Origin: an uncultured Gammaproteobacteria bacterium
Lineage (GTDB): Bacteria > Pseudomonadota > Gammaproteobacteria > Tethybacterales > Tethybacteraceae
Length of the DNA: 61,661 nucleotides
Direction of reading: 5' to 3'
NCBI GenBank assembly: GCA_964509765.1
Contig: CAZDYI010000139.1
Span: 1-61,661 of the forward strand
Shown: positions 37,086 to 48,245 of the stretch, piece after piece
Position numbering within the stretch: the stretch's first letter is position 1
Layout of the letters: each line of letters opens with the position of its first letter
The notes under the pieces: model-generated
Database searches by the model: none
Told to the model about the DNA's origin: nothing
Seen by the model: the letters and a program-made list of their open reading frames with translations, nothing else
Made by a program: the position numbers and the translations under genes

Positions 37086-39446
37086 TCAGCCGGCCTTCGC
37101 CCGCGGCACCCGCACGATCACAGGCGCTGCGACCAGGCCGCGCAGCACGTCCGCGGCGTCCTCGCCGGACGACGGCGGCAGAAACCGCAGGACGAACCTC
37201 GCGGGGGCGGGGTCGAACGCCGCGACCGGGAAGTTAGTGTCCCAGTGGTTGTTGACCGTCCAGAAGCAGCCGCCCTCCCATGACGCGGGCGGGTCGTGCG
37301 GGTCCTTCCACGAGGGCCCGCCCGGCTGGAACAGCGGGGCGTCCGGCGAGGCGACGGCTACGCTCGAGCCGTCATCCCTTGCGAGAGCGATGCCGGACTG
37401 GACCGACTGCCACCTCAGGCACGAGCCCGGGACGTGGCCGGTCTCGCAGTCGACGAGGCCACCGCCTGTGTCGCAAAGGATTCTCGAGTCCTTGCCCAGC
37501 CCGCCGAGCGGCCAGAAGATCGAGAAGCAGCGCTCGAGCCCGCCGGTGTCCTGCATCGCGCGCACGCGAAGCTGCCTGCCTGTTGCGGGCAGGCGGATTT
37601 CCGACGTCGCCTTGATGCCCGAGGCGAATGAGATGGCGACCGTGACCGCTGCGCCGTCTGCGTCCACCTTGCCGCCCGACACCGACACTGACCTTTCGTC
37701 GTCCTCGAACAGCTCCCCGGGGTTCCACCGCATGGGCGTTTCCGAGCGCTCCCAGTACGGCGCCTGGAAGATGTCCTTGCGCACGAAGCCCTCGCGCAGC
37801 AGGTGAACGCCGGCGGAAAGCAGGGGGGCGCTCCCGGACAGGACCTCCGTTCCGCTTTCCTTGTCGAGCCACCTTGCGATCCCGCCGGTCTCGGCGCAGA
37901 CCTCGACGCGGCTGTGCCGGTTTTCGATCCAGCCCTCTCCTGCGGCGCAGTCCGACGGGTCCGCCTGAGCCGGGCGGACGATTGCGGACTCGCCCGGGCC
38001 GAGCGACGCCCTGATCCTGTGCCCGTACCCGGCGCCGTCCGCCGCGGCGGCTTCGCGCTGCCGGTCTTCCGAGAACCCAGGCATGAACGAGTCGTCCGAG
38101 TACGCCTGCGGGATCGATATCTGAGGGCCGGCGCCGCGGTCCGGGGGAACGGGCCAGTCGACTTCCATCGGCAGGTCCGTCGGGTTCATCACCCAGTAGG
38201 ACTGCTCCTCCGGCCCGAGCTCGGGGTCGGACGTCCGGTCGAAGGAGGGGTCCCCCTCGACCGGAGCGCCGGCCTGCGCCGCGGCCGCCGCGCGCGACGA
38301 CTTCGCCGCCGTGCGCAGGGCGAGGGTGAACGCGTCGTGCGCGAAGGAAGACTTCTTCACCCGCTGCATAGTCGTCAGCACGTGCTTGGGCGCGCTCGCC
38401 GCGGTGTAGGATCCCCAGGTGTGCTCGTCGTACAGCGCGAGCGCCTCGGCCATGGCCTCGAACGAGCCGTCGCCCGGCGGGCCGAGCCGCTCGATGACCG
38501 GGATGAGCCGCTCCGCGGCGCGGGCGAGCGCCGTCTCGACCGGCGTCGACGCGACGCCGTCGCACCAGCTGTCCATCCACTCGCCGCTGACCGACGGGAC
38601 GTCCGGCTGCCTGGCGAGGACGTCTGCGAGCCCGTCAAGGGAGACGATCTCGATCTGCGGCCCCTCGCCGCGCCCGTTCCACTCGCGCACCGCGCGGCTG
38701 AGCTCGCCCTGCGGGTAGACGTTGTCGCCGTGCGCGGAGTTGGTCACGGTCAGCACCGAGAAGCCGCACGGCCACCTGTCTGACCTCGCGTGCCGGTCGA
38801 GGAACTTCGCCAGCTCCTCGGTGTCGGCCTCACCCGGCTTGCCGATGCGGACGTGGAAGCCGCCGACGGCGTAGTGCTCGCCCTGGTGCACGAGCAGCCT
38901 TCCGCCCTCGCGGCCCTCCCATGTCCACAGCGACGGGACGTTCTCCCCCCAGTAGCCGCGGTGCGGGTTCTGGTGTGTCGAGAGGAACCCGACCCCGCGC
39001 GCGGCGAGCAGGTCGGCCCAGAACCACGCAAGGCCGTTGACGTCGCACTGCATCGCCGAGCGCACCTTGATCCCGAACTCGTCGCGCAGCGCGTCGATGT
39101 CGCGCAGGGTGATCTCCGCAAGCGGCCTGCTCGCGAGCGGCGTCCAGTGGTAGCGCAGGGCGCCGACGGCGATCCGGTCCGCCTCGTGCAGGCGCCTGAA
39201 GCGGTCGACGTTCTTCGGCGTCGCGTTGCGCAGGTAGTCCAGCGTGGTCGAGGTGAGCTCGCACGTCCAGCGGTGTTGGCAGCCCTCCGGCTCGTCGAAG
39301 CTCTCCTCGCAGACCTCGAGGGCCCGGTCGAGTATGTCCCGGTGGTGCAGCAGCACCGCCTCGACCTGGTCGGTGTAGCCGAAGTCGGTGTGGGTGTGGC
39401 TGAGCAGGTACACCCTGTCGATTGCCTGCGCCTTGCCGTCGCTCAT
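37086..39446 (-). CDS. Glycoside hydrolase family 38-like protein (alpha-mannosidase family), cytoplasmic
   Basis: 786 aa with no signal peptide. N-terminal RVYLLSHTHTDFGYTD resembles the GH38 HxHxD metal site. The family call is from memory only. Confidence 0.55.
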   Translation of the reverse strand: MSDGKAQAIDRVYLLSHTHTDFGYTDQVEAVLLHHRDILDRALEVCEESFDEPEGCQHRWTCELTSTTLDYLRNATPKNVDRFRRLHEADRIAVGALRYHWTPLASRPLAEITLRDIDALRDEFGIKVRSAMQCDVNGLAWFWADLLAARGVGFLSTHQNPHRGYWGENVPSLWTWEGREGGRLLVHQGEHYAVGGFHVRIGKPGEADTEELAKFLDRHARSDRWPCGFSVLTVTNSAHGDNVYPQGELSRAVREWNGRGEGPQIEIVSLDGLADVLARQPDVPSVSGEWMDSWCDGVASTPVETALARAAERLIPVIERLGPPGDGSFEAMAEALALYDEHTWGSYTAASAPKHVLTTMQRVKKSSFAHDAFTLALRTAAKSSRAAAAAQAGAPVEGDPSFDRTSDPELGPEEQSYWVMNPTDLPMEVDWPVPPDRGAGPQISIPQAYSDDSFMPGFSEDRQREAAAADGAGYGHRIRASLGPGESAIVRPAQADPSDCAAGEGWIENRHSRVEVCAETGGIARWLDKESGTEVLSGSAPLLSAGVHLLREGFVRKDIFQAPYWERSETPMRWNPGELFEDDERSVSVSGGKVDADGAAVTVAISFASGIKATSEIRLPATGRQLRVRAMQDTGGLERCFSIFWPLGGLGKDSRILCDTGGGLVDCETGHVPGSCLRWQSVQSGIALARDDGSSVAVASPDAPLFQPGGPSWKDPHDPPASWEGGCFWTVNNHWDTNFPVAAFDPAPARFVLRFLPPSSGEDAADVLRGLVAAPVIVRVPRAKAG

Positions 39447-40453
39447 ATCTCTTCGACTCCTATCCTGTACGTTGTGGAAAAGGGCCTGTCCGCGCCCAGC
39501 CGCGCGGCGGTCTTGCGCCAGCTAGACGACGCAATCGGGTTGTCCTCGTTGCAGCTGACCTCGGGGCCGAGGTCAAACGCCGCGCAGACCGGCTCGATCC
39601 CGATCGCGCAGAACCTTCCGAGCCACGGGTAGGCGGTCCGGCCGCGGTTCGAGTACCACAGCTGCACCCCGGTGAACACGTGGCTCTTGAACTCGATGTA
39701 CGCCCGGTAGCTGTCGTCGTGGTTCTCGAGAGTGACCCGGCCGTCGACGCCGGACAGGTGCAGGACCTCCTCGGTGTCGAAGTCAAGGGGCAGCAGGTCG
39801 GCCGCGACGTCGCCGTAGCGTGTCGGGACCCTGTCGAGGGACCTGAACTCCCTGTCCGGAACGTAGCGCGAGACGCCCGGCTCCACCTCGGCGGGGTAGG
39901 TCCTTCCCTTCCAGTACCCACCCGCCCTCAGCAGGGCGGCGCCGGGAGTATCGGGCAGGGCGAACACCGCGTGCGCGGCGATCGGCAGGCTCACGTCCCT
40001 GCGGACCTCGATGCCGAGATCGATCTTCAGCTCTGGAAACCCCTCGGTTCCGGAGATGCGCCTCGTCAGCCGCGCGACGCAGTGGTCCTCCGGGTAGTCG
40101 ATCGCAAGCTCAAGCCAGCCCTTGCCGGAGCCGGTCTTCTTCCACCTGTTGTGCGATGAGTACCCGTGGAAGTCGTCGCCCGCGCCCTCGACTGCAGTCC
40201 CGCCCCACCGGTCGGGCAGGCCCTCGGGCCGCCTCGGCGCGCCGAACGGCACGCAGGGCCATTCCCCGCGCAGGCGCCGCAGGAGCGGCGGCAGGGAGTC
40301 GTGCTCGGCGCCTGTGTCATCGCCCCACGGCGCGACGGCAAGCGGGCTGACCTTCCTGCCGCCGGGCAGCAGCAGCTCGACGGGACCGAGCATGGCGCCG
40401 ACCGGCTCGACCGAGGCCTTGCCGCAGTCCCAGGACAGGCCGAGCTTAGGCAC
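39443..40453 (-). CDS. Hypothetical protein (possibly galactose-mutarotase-like fold)
   Basis: 336 aa, GTG start at 40453. The stop overlaps the GH38-like start (ATGA). FHGYSSH and AIGIEPVCAAFD faintly resemble aldose-epimerase-like motifs, so the functional call is weak. Confidence 0.45.
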   Translation of the reverse strand: MPKLGLSWDCGKASVEPVGAMLGPVELLLPGGRKVSPLAVAPWGDDTGAEHDSLPPLLRRLRGEWPCVPFGAPRRPEGLPDRWGGTAVEGAGDDFHGYSSHNRWKKTGSGKGWLELAIDYPEDHCVARLTRRISGTEGFPELKIDLGIEVRRDVSLPIAAHAVFALPDTPGAALLRAGGYWKGRTYPAEVEPGVSRYVPDREFRSLDRVPTRYGDVAADLLPLDFDTEEVLHLSGVDGRVTLENHDDSYRAYIEFKSHVFTGVQLWYSNRGRTAYPWLGRFCAIGIEPVCAAFDLGPEVSCNEDNPIASSSWRKTAARLGADRPFSTTYRIGVEEI

Positions 40454-40466
40454 TGCGGGGTATGGG

Positions 40467-40472
40467 ATTATC
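40467..40472 (-). promoter_or_regulatory. -10-like GATAAT, 13 nt upstream of GTG 40453
   Basis: The minus strand reads ggccGATAATcccataccccgcaGTG, within the 102-nt intra-cluster spacer. Confidence 0.25.
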
Positions 40473-40555
40473 GGCCTGAACGCACTCTGCCGGCATAGTC
40501 TGCAAGCTTGCCGCTGACGTTGCCATGCTATGAGGCTGTCTGTCAGGAAACAGGC

Positions 40556-41803
40556 TCAACTTTTTGAATTAACGGAGTATTTCTTAACTGACGGATCGGC
40601 ATACCTGCGCTCAGGGAAAATCGAATACCAGTCCTCGCGCGCAGGGTCGCGGTCGTACAGGTAGCCGCCGAGGCGGTCGTATTGCTCGGCGTACTCCGCG
40701 AGCTTGTCTGGGTCCATCTCGACGCCGAGGCCGGGTCCTTCCGGCACTGCGTACGCGCCGTCCCTGCACACAAGCTTGCCGCCCTTGATGACGTCGTCAA
40801 CGAGGTGGTGGTAATGCGCGTCCGCTGCGAACGGGATGTTGGGCAGGCTCGCGCCGAGGTGGATCATCGACGCGAGCTGGATGCCGAGCTCGCCCGAGGA
40901 GTGCACCGCCGCGCCGTACTGGAAGGTCTCGAGCACGGTGCCTGCCTTGTGCGCCTGGCGCAGCCCGCCCCAGAAGGTCGTGTCCAGCAGGACGACGTCG
41001 ACCAGGTCGTGGCGGACGCACTGCGCGAGCTGCTCGAAGTTGACCACCACGGTGTTGGTCGCGGTCGGAACGCGCAGGAACTGGCGAAGGCGCCGCATGC
41101 CCTCGAGTCCCCAGGTCGGGTCCTCGAGGTACTCGATGTTGATCCCCTCGACTGCGCGCCCGATCCGCACGGCCTCCTCGACGGACCAAACCGAGTTTGG
41201 GTCCAGGCGGAGCAGGTCCTCAGGGAACTCTGCGGCAAGTGCCTTGAGCACCTCGAGGTCGTGCTCCGGCGCGAAGTGCCCGCCCTTTAGCTTGTGGGTC
41301 GTGAAGCCGTGCTCCTTCTTGATCTCCCGGGCGAGGGCGACCATCTCGTCGGCATAGGTCTCCCCGCCGGCGCCGGTCTTTGGGTCCTCGTAGCGGTAGA
41401 AGAGGTAGCTCGCGAACGGGACGGTTTCGCGCAGAGCCCCGCCGAGCAGGTCGCATGCGCGTATGCCGAGGGCCTTGCCGGCGAGGTCCATGCACGCCAT
41501 TTCGATTGCCGCGTGAATCTGCATGCGGTTGTTGTAGAGAGAGCCGACCGGGTTCATGATCTTCCAGCGCAGCTGCTCGAGCTGAAGCGGGTCGTGGCCG
41601 ACCAGGTATCCCTTGAGCGCCTTGACTGATTCCTCGGCAGAGGCGCCCCCGCCGCCGAGCTCGCCGAAGCCGCTCAGTCCCTCGTCGCCGACGACCTCCA
41701 CGATCGTGCGCACGAAGCGCCCCCAGTGCGCGCCGTTGGAGTGACGGAGCGGCGCCTCGAGCGGAACCGAGACGGTAGTTGCCTTGACGTCGGCGATCCT
41801 CAC
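40556..41803 (-). CDS. Enolase-superfamily acid-sugar dehydratase, glucarate-dehydratase/MR-like (KxK type)
   Basis: Start trimmed to GTG 41803, 8 nt after the SDR stop. Motifs HKLKGG (KxK), [19 protein letters not shown] and AVHSSGE. The C-terminal tail [21 protein letters not shown] resembles the GlucD C-terminus. Confidence 0.75.
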   Translation of the reverse strand: MRIADVKATTVSVPLEAPLRHSNGAHWGRFVRTIVEVVGDEGLSGFGELGGGGASAEESVKALKGYLVGHDPLQLEQLRWKIMNPVGSLYNNRMQIHAAIEMACMDLAGKALGIRACDLLGGALRETVPFASYLFYRYEDPKTGAGGETYADEMVALAREIKKEHGFTTHKLKGGHFAPEHDLEVLKALAAEFPEDLLRLDPNSVWSVEEAVRIGRAVEGINIEYLEDPTWGLEGMRRLRQFLRVPTATNTVVVNFEQLAQCVRHDLVDVVLLDTTFWGGLRQAHKAGTVLETFQYGAAVHSSGELGIQLASMIHLGASLPNIPFAADAHYHHLVDDVIKGGKLVCRDGAYAVPEGPGLGVEMDPDKLAEYAEQYDRLGGYLYDRDPAREDWYSIFPERRYADPSVKKYSVNSKS

Positions 41804-41811
41804 GGGCCGGG

Positions 41812-42567
41812 CTATTTCGGGGTGCCGGCGATCTGGGTGAGCAGGCCGCCGTCGACCTTCACGACCTCGCCGGTCATGAACGAGGCCTTGTCGGAGAGCA
41901 GGAACGCTACGACGGCCGCGACCTCCTCGGGGCGCGCGACGCGGCCGAGCGGGTGCATCCCGTTCAGGGTGTCCCAGAGTTCGTCTTGGTTGTCGGCGAG
42001 CGAGACCGCCCACTCGAGCATCGGCGTGCGGACCGCGCCGGGCGCGACGAGGTTGGCGCGCACGCCGTCGGCCGCGAAGTCCATCGCCATCGAGCGCACG
42101 AGCCCGAGCAGGCCGTGCTTGGCCGCGGTGTATGCTGCTACGTTCTGCTGGGTCGCAAGGCTTTGGACGGAGCCCATGAACACGAACGCCCCGCGGTTCT
42201 TGCGCACAAGGGGCAGGGCGGCCTTCGCGACGAGGTAGCCGCCGGTGAGGTTGACCTCGATGACCTCGTTCCAGAGCTCGACGTCGGTGTCCTCTGCCGA
42301 TCCGTACCGCTGTATCCCGGCGTTGTGCGAGACGCAGTCAAGCGTGCCGAATTTCGTTTCCGCCAGGCCGACGGCGGTCTTGCAATCATCGATGCTGGCA
42401 ACGGACCCCGGTGAGGCGACTGCCGATTCGCCGAGCTCGCCGGCGACCTCGCCGAGCAGTTTTTCGTTGCTGTCCATCAGAACCGCCTGGTCCCCTTGGC
42501 CGACAAGCGTCTCGGCAACGGCCTTGCCGATGCCGCTTGCCGCTCCGGTGATCAGGTGAACAGACAC
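41812..42567 (-). CDS. Short-chain dehydrogenase/reductase (classical SDR)
   Basis: [15 protein letters not shown], and YTAAK (YxxxK). 251 aa, GTG start. Confidence 0.88.
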   Translation of the reverse strand: MSVHLITGAASGIGKAVAETLVGQGDQAVLMDSNEKLLGEVAGELGESAVASPGSVASIDDCKTAVGLAETKFGTLDCVSHNAGIQRYGSAEDTDVELWNEVIEVNLTGGYLVAKAALPLVRKNRGAFVFMGSVQSLATQQNVAAYTAAKHGLLGLVRSMAMDFAADGVRANLVAPGAVRTPMLEWAVSLADNQDELWDTLNGMHPLGRVARPEEVAAVVAFLLSDKASFMTGEVVKVDGGLLTQIAGTPK

Positions 42568-42584
42568 GGGTCAGTGAGCCAATC

Positions 42585-42590
42585 AATCTA
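42585..42590 (-). promoter_or_regulatory. -10-like TAGATT, 17 nt upstream of the SDR GTG
   Basis: The minus strand reads gtgcTAGATTgattggctcactgacccGTG. Confidence 0.3.
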
Positions 42591-42634
42591 GCACACAAGC
42601 AGGCCGATCGAGTTCGATACCCGCCTTGCTTGCC

Positions 42635-42640
42635 TACAAT
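42635..42640 (+). promoter_or_regulatory. -10-like TACAAT, 11 nt upstream of the kdgK ATG
   Basis: Sequence is gccTACAATgcaaccggaacATG. Confidence 0.4.
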
Positions 42641-42651
42641 GCAACCGGAAC

Positions 42652-43581
42652 ATGTCAGGCGGGAAGGTCGAAGTTGCGGACGGGGCGTCCGTGGTCTGCG
42701 TGGGCGAGTGCATGCTCGAGCTGTCAGGTGTGGGCGAGGGCGAGGAGCTGAGGCTCGGCTGCGCCGGCGACTCGCTGAACATCGCCGTCTACATGAGCCG
42801 CCTCATGGGGCCGGGCAAGGTCGCCTACGCCAGCCGCCTAGGCGACGACCCGATGAGCTCGGACATGGTCGCCTTCATCGAGTCCGAGGGGATCGACGCA
42901 GGACTCATTGCGAGGGTGACCGGCAAGCTGCCGGGCCTGTACCTGATCTCGACGGAGCAGGGCGAGAGGACGTTCCACTACTGGCGCTCGGAGGCGCCGG
43001 TACGCGAAATGCTTTCAGAGCCGGAGCCGGAGACCGAGGCCGCGCTTGCGGGCGCCGGCTGCCTGGTGGCTACGGGGATCACCGCAGCGGTGCTTGGAGA
43101 TGACGCACGCGAAAGGCTTGCGGGATGCATGGAAAGGAACGGGCATCGCGTTGCCTACGTCGTCAACCACAGGCCGAAGCTTTGGGACGCTGACGAGGCG
43201 CGCGAGTGGCACCTCAGGTTCGCGGGCCTTGCGAGCCACCTCTTCGTCTCCGACGACGACCTCGTCCTGCTTTGGCCGGACGGGTCCGGGCTGGAGAGGA
43301 TGCGTGGCGCCGGTTCCGGCGAGGTCGTCCTTACCGAAGGCGAGCGCGGATGCCGGGTGTTTCGCGGAAAAGAGGAGGTCGCGCAGTGCGGCTCCCGCGC
43401 AGCCGAGGTGGTTGACACCACGGCCGCCGGCGACTCATTCGCGGCGGCCTACCTTGCGGGCAGGATCGCGGGCAGGGACGCTCCGGCTAGCGCAGGGTTC
43501 GCGGCAGGGCTTGCTGCGACGGTCACCTCGCACCGCGGCGCGATCATCCCGCGGAGCGGGATGCCGGCTCAGCCGGACTGA
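42652..43581 (+). CDS. kdgK: 2-dehydro-3-deoxygluconokinase (PfkB family)
   Basis: VVCVGECMLEL, GDSLNIAVY, and VVDTTAAGDSFAAAYLAG. 309 aa. Confidence 0.85.
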   Translation: MSGGKVEVADGASVVCVGECMLELSGVGEGEELRLGCAGDSLNIAVYMSRLMGPGKVAYASRLGDDPMSSDMVAFIESEGIDAGLIARVTGKLPGLYLISTEQGERTFHYWRSEAPVREMLSEPEPETEAALAGAGCLVATGITAAVLGDDARERLAGCMERNGHRVAYVVNHRPKLWDADEAREWHLRFAGLASHLFVSDDDLVLLWPDGSGLERMRGAGSGEVVLTEGERGCRVFRGKEEVAQCGSRAAEVVDTTAAGDSFAAAYLAGRIAGRDAPASAGFAAGLAATVTSHRGAIIPRSGMPAQPD

Positions 43582-43615
43582 CTCAAAGAGCCTCCGTTTC
43601 CAGGCGGACGATCTT

Positions 43616-43638
43616 GAAAGAGGGCGCATGCCTCTTTC
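43616..43638. terminator. Stem-loop GAAAGAGG-gcgcatg-CCTCTTTC between convergent kdgK and the pilin-like gene
   Basis: Perfect 8-bp stem with a 7-nt loop in the 87-nt spacer. No clear U-tract. Confidence 0.4.
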
Positions 43639-43668
43639 CCTGAACCGCGACTGTTCCTGCGAGCAGCG

Positions 43669-44427
43669 TCAGATGAACACCGATGCGCCGCAGTTCTGCT
43701 CTACCGGCGGCGAGGAGTTAGCGGGCCTCCAGTACTGGATGGCGTCCGCGTACAGATCGCCGTCCTTGGAGCCGTCCTCGTTCTGCTTCATGCATTCCTC
43801 AATAAGTGGCAGGATTTGATTGAAGCCGCCCGTGTCGTAGTAGTTGAACACGAAGTCGCCTGAGTTCGGAGAGCCGTCGTCGATCTTGCGGTCGACCTCA
43901 CCGATGATGTTGCTCGGTATGCGTCCCCCGGTGTGAATCATCAGCCGCGGCGTCCCCCCGGCGGCCCCGCCGCGAATGGAATAGTAATCCGCGTCATGCC
44001 ATATCGACATGATCCCGCCGTAGGTGTTGATCAGTGAGCCTTCCACGGTCGGCCGGCGCACCCGAGCGGTGTTTGTGCACTGGGGGCAACGCAGGTAGCC
44101 CGCGGAGGTCAGGTGCTGGAAGACCAGGTCAGAATCGCCTTCTTGGATGATGCCGTCGCCGTTGCCTGACGCGGCGCCGGTGATGTAGATGTTCGCCTGG
44201 GCGTAGTCACCGGGCAAGGCGGAGAACCGGTCGATGAACGAGAACCACGCGATCTTGAGCGAGTTCTGGCGGTCCGCTATCGCGCGGACCTTGGCGTTGT
44301 TGATCAGCTCCTGGCCCTTGAGGATGCCGCCGAGCAACAGCCCGATGATCACCAGGACGATCGCTATCTCCACGAGCGTGAAGCCGCGGTCCGCTAGGGT
44401 TTCAGACCCCCCCCCTTTACTGTTCAT
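43669..44427 (-). CDS. Prepilin-type N-terminal cleavage/methylation domain protein (pilin/pseudopilin-like)
   Basis: Start at ATG 44427, preceded by GGAGGAG. Leader MNSKGGGSETLADRG, then FTLVEIAIVLVIIGLLLGGILKGQELI. C-terminal Cys pairs. Lower GC than the flanks. Confidence 0.8.
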   Translation of the reverse strand: MNSKGGGSETLADRGFTLVEIAIVLVIIGLLLGGILKGQELINNAKVRAIADRQNSLKIAWFSFIDRFSALPGDYAQANIYITGAASGNGDGIIQEGDSDLVFQHLTSAGYLRCPQCTNTARVRRPTVEGSLINTYGGIMSIWHDADYYSIRGGAAGGTPRLMIHTGGRIPSNIIGEVDRKIDDGSPNSGDFVFNYYDTGGFNQILPLIEECMKQNEDGSKDGDLYADAIQYWRPANSSPPVEQNCGASVFI

Positions 44428-44459
44428 GGTCAGCTCCTCCAGGCGAAAGCATGGAGGAA

Positions 44460-44465
44460 AGTATA
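44460..44465 (-). promoter_or_regulatory. Extended -10-like TGgTATACT upstream of the pilin-like gene
   Basis: The minus strand reads gtgtTGgTATACTttcctcc, 32 nt before the ATG. Confidence 0.3.
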
Positions 44466-44543
44466 CCAACACGTTTATCTGACACTGCAGGGATCAGCCT
44501 GCCAATCATTTGGAAACTCGGCAAGGAGCGATGTCGCTTGGAT

Positions 44544-46351
44544 TCATTCCGGCAACAGGAACGAGGCACCTTGCTCGGGGCTGTCGGCGCTCTTGCGCAT
44601 CAGCGAGAACATCTCCCGGCCGCAGCCCTCGTCGCTGCCATCGGGGGGAGCTGACGGCTCGCGGCTTTCCAGGTCCTCGGCCTCGCACTCGAGCGTGCAC
44701 TCCTCGCAGTCGAAGGTGATCATGTCGCCCTCGCGGACCCTGGCGATGTTGCCGCCTGCGGTGGCCTCGGGGCTGAGGTGGATGGCCGCCGGAACGGAGC
44801 CCGACGCGCCCGACATCCTGCCGTCGGTGACCAGCGCGACCTTGCGCCCCTTGGACTGGAGGACGGCAAGTCCGGGCGAGAGCTTGTGGAGCTCCGGCAT
44901 CCCGTTCGAGCGCACGCCCTGGTGGCGCACGACCGCGACCATGTCCCGGTCGAGCCCGCCGGCGAGCATGTCGAGGAGCTGGCGCTGGCTGTCGCAGACG
45001 ACCGCCGGCGCCCTGATCCTCATGTCCTCGGGGCGCATCGCGCTTACCTTGACGATCGACCGACCGAGGTTGCCCGTAAGCAGCCTGATCCCGCCCGTGG
45101 GGGAGAAGGGATCGGCAACCGGCCGCAAGACAGAGTCGTCCCTGTCGATGTCGCCGATGTGCAGGGTCTCCAGCCCGGCGGTCTCGCACACGGTCGACTT
45201 GGACACGTAGTTGTCGCGGAGGCCCGGTCCGCAGACGGTCATCACGTCGTCGTGCATCAGCCCGGCCTCGGTAAGCTCGGAGATGACGAACTGAATGCCG
45301 CCAGAGTCGCGGAAGTGGTTGACGTCTGCCTCGCCGTTGGGGTAGACGCGCGCAAGCAGCGGGACCGCGGCCGAGAGGTCGGCGAAGTCCTGCCAGTCGA
45401 CCTGTATGCCGGCCGCGCGCGCGATCGCGACGAGGTGGATGGTGTGGTTCGTCGACCCTCCCGTCGCGAGCAGGCCGGCGATCGCGTTGACCACGGCCTT
45501 CTCGTCGACTATCCTGCCGATGGCGCACTGCCCGTCGGCGTGCCTCGCGAGCTCAAGCGCGCGCATTGTCGCCACCTTGGTGAACAAGTCGCGCAACGGG
45601 TTGCCCGGGTTGATGAACGTCGACCCCGGCAGGTGCAGGCCGAGCACCTCCATGAACATCTGGTTCGAGTTCGCGGTCCCGTAGAAGGTGCAGGTTCCCG
45701 GCGAGTGGTAGGAGGCCGACTCGGCCTGCAGCAGCTCGATGCGCGCGGCCTTGCCCGCGGCGAACTTCTTGCGGACCTCGGCCTTCTCCTTGTTGGGCAG
45801 CCCCGAGGGCATCGGCCCGCCGGGGACGAACAGGGTCGGCAGGTGGCCGAAGGAAAGCGCGCCGATCATCAGGCCCGGGACGATCTTGTCGCAGATCCCG
45901 AGCATCAGCGCCGCGTCGTACATCGAGTGCGAAAGCGCGACCGCGGTCGACATTGCGATCACGTCGCGCGAGAACAGCGACAGCTCCATGCCGGCCTGGC
46001 CCTGGGTGACGCCGTCGCACATCGCCGGCGTCGCGCCCGCGACCTGGGCGGTGCCTCCAAACTCCCGCGCGGCCTCGCGGATGATTTCGGGGAAGCGCTC
46101 GTAGGGCTGGTGGGCCGAAAGCATGTCGTTGTACGCGGTGACTATCGCGACGTTGTGCGTCTTTTCGCCGGCGATGCGCTCCTTGTCCACGGCGCCGCAG
46201 GCGGCGAAGCCGTGCGCGAGGTTCGAGCACGACAGCGCCGTCCTCACCCGGCCCTTGCTTCTGGCGGCGTCTATCCTCTTGAGGTAAGCGGCCCTCGTCT
46301 TCGAGCTGCGCTTTTCGATGCGCGCGGTCACCTCCGAGAGCGCCCGCGCGG

Positions 46352-46355
<4 letters not shown>
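44544..46355 (-). CDS. edd: Phosphogluconate dehydratase
   Basis: GTG 46355 is preceded by GGAGGAAAG and overlaps the zwf stop (GTGA). Collinear with enterobacterial Edd: [62 protein letters not shown]. Confidence 0.95.
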
Positions 46356-47777
<1,422 letters not shown>

Positions 47778-47779
<2 letters not shown>

Positions 47780-48245
47780 GGCCAAGCGAATATCTTACTT
47801 TGCGGCGCTTCTCGCCCTCTGCCTTGCCGCCGGCGCGGAGGGGATGCGCTCCGTCACGCTCGAGGTCGCAGGAAGGAGCGTCGAGCTCGAGATTGCCGAC
47901 ACCGTCCGCGAGCGCAGCGTCGGCCTATCCAACCGGGACCGCCTCGAGGAGGGCGCCGGCATGCTCTTTGTCTACGCTGAGCCGGCCAAGCCGTGCTTCT
48001 GGATGAAGGAGACCTTCATCCCGCTCGACGCGGCGTTCATCGACCTTGATGGCGAGTACGTGATGGTCGCGACCATGGAGCCCGAGTCCCTCGACCCGCA
48101 CTGCCCGCTGCACTCGGTAAAATGGGTCATAGAGATGCCGGCTGGCTGGTTCGCGCTCAACGGGGTCTCGCCAGGAAGCAGGGTGAGCAGGGAGACAATG
48201 GACACGCTTCGGAAGATCTCGGGCGCGGCGGCCCTCGTCGAGTGA
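47778..48245 (+). CDS. Exported DUF192-family protein
   Basis: Signal peptide [22 protein letters not shown], then [29 protein letters not shown]. The ATG overlaps the zwf ATG on the other strand (CATG). Confidence 0.75.
47792..47797 (-). promoter_or_regulatory. -10-like TAAGAT, 12 nt upstream of the zwf ATG; lies inside DUF192 codons 5-7
   Basis: The minus strand reads aagTAAGATattcgcttggccATG. Confidence 0.4.
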
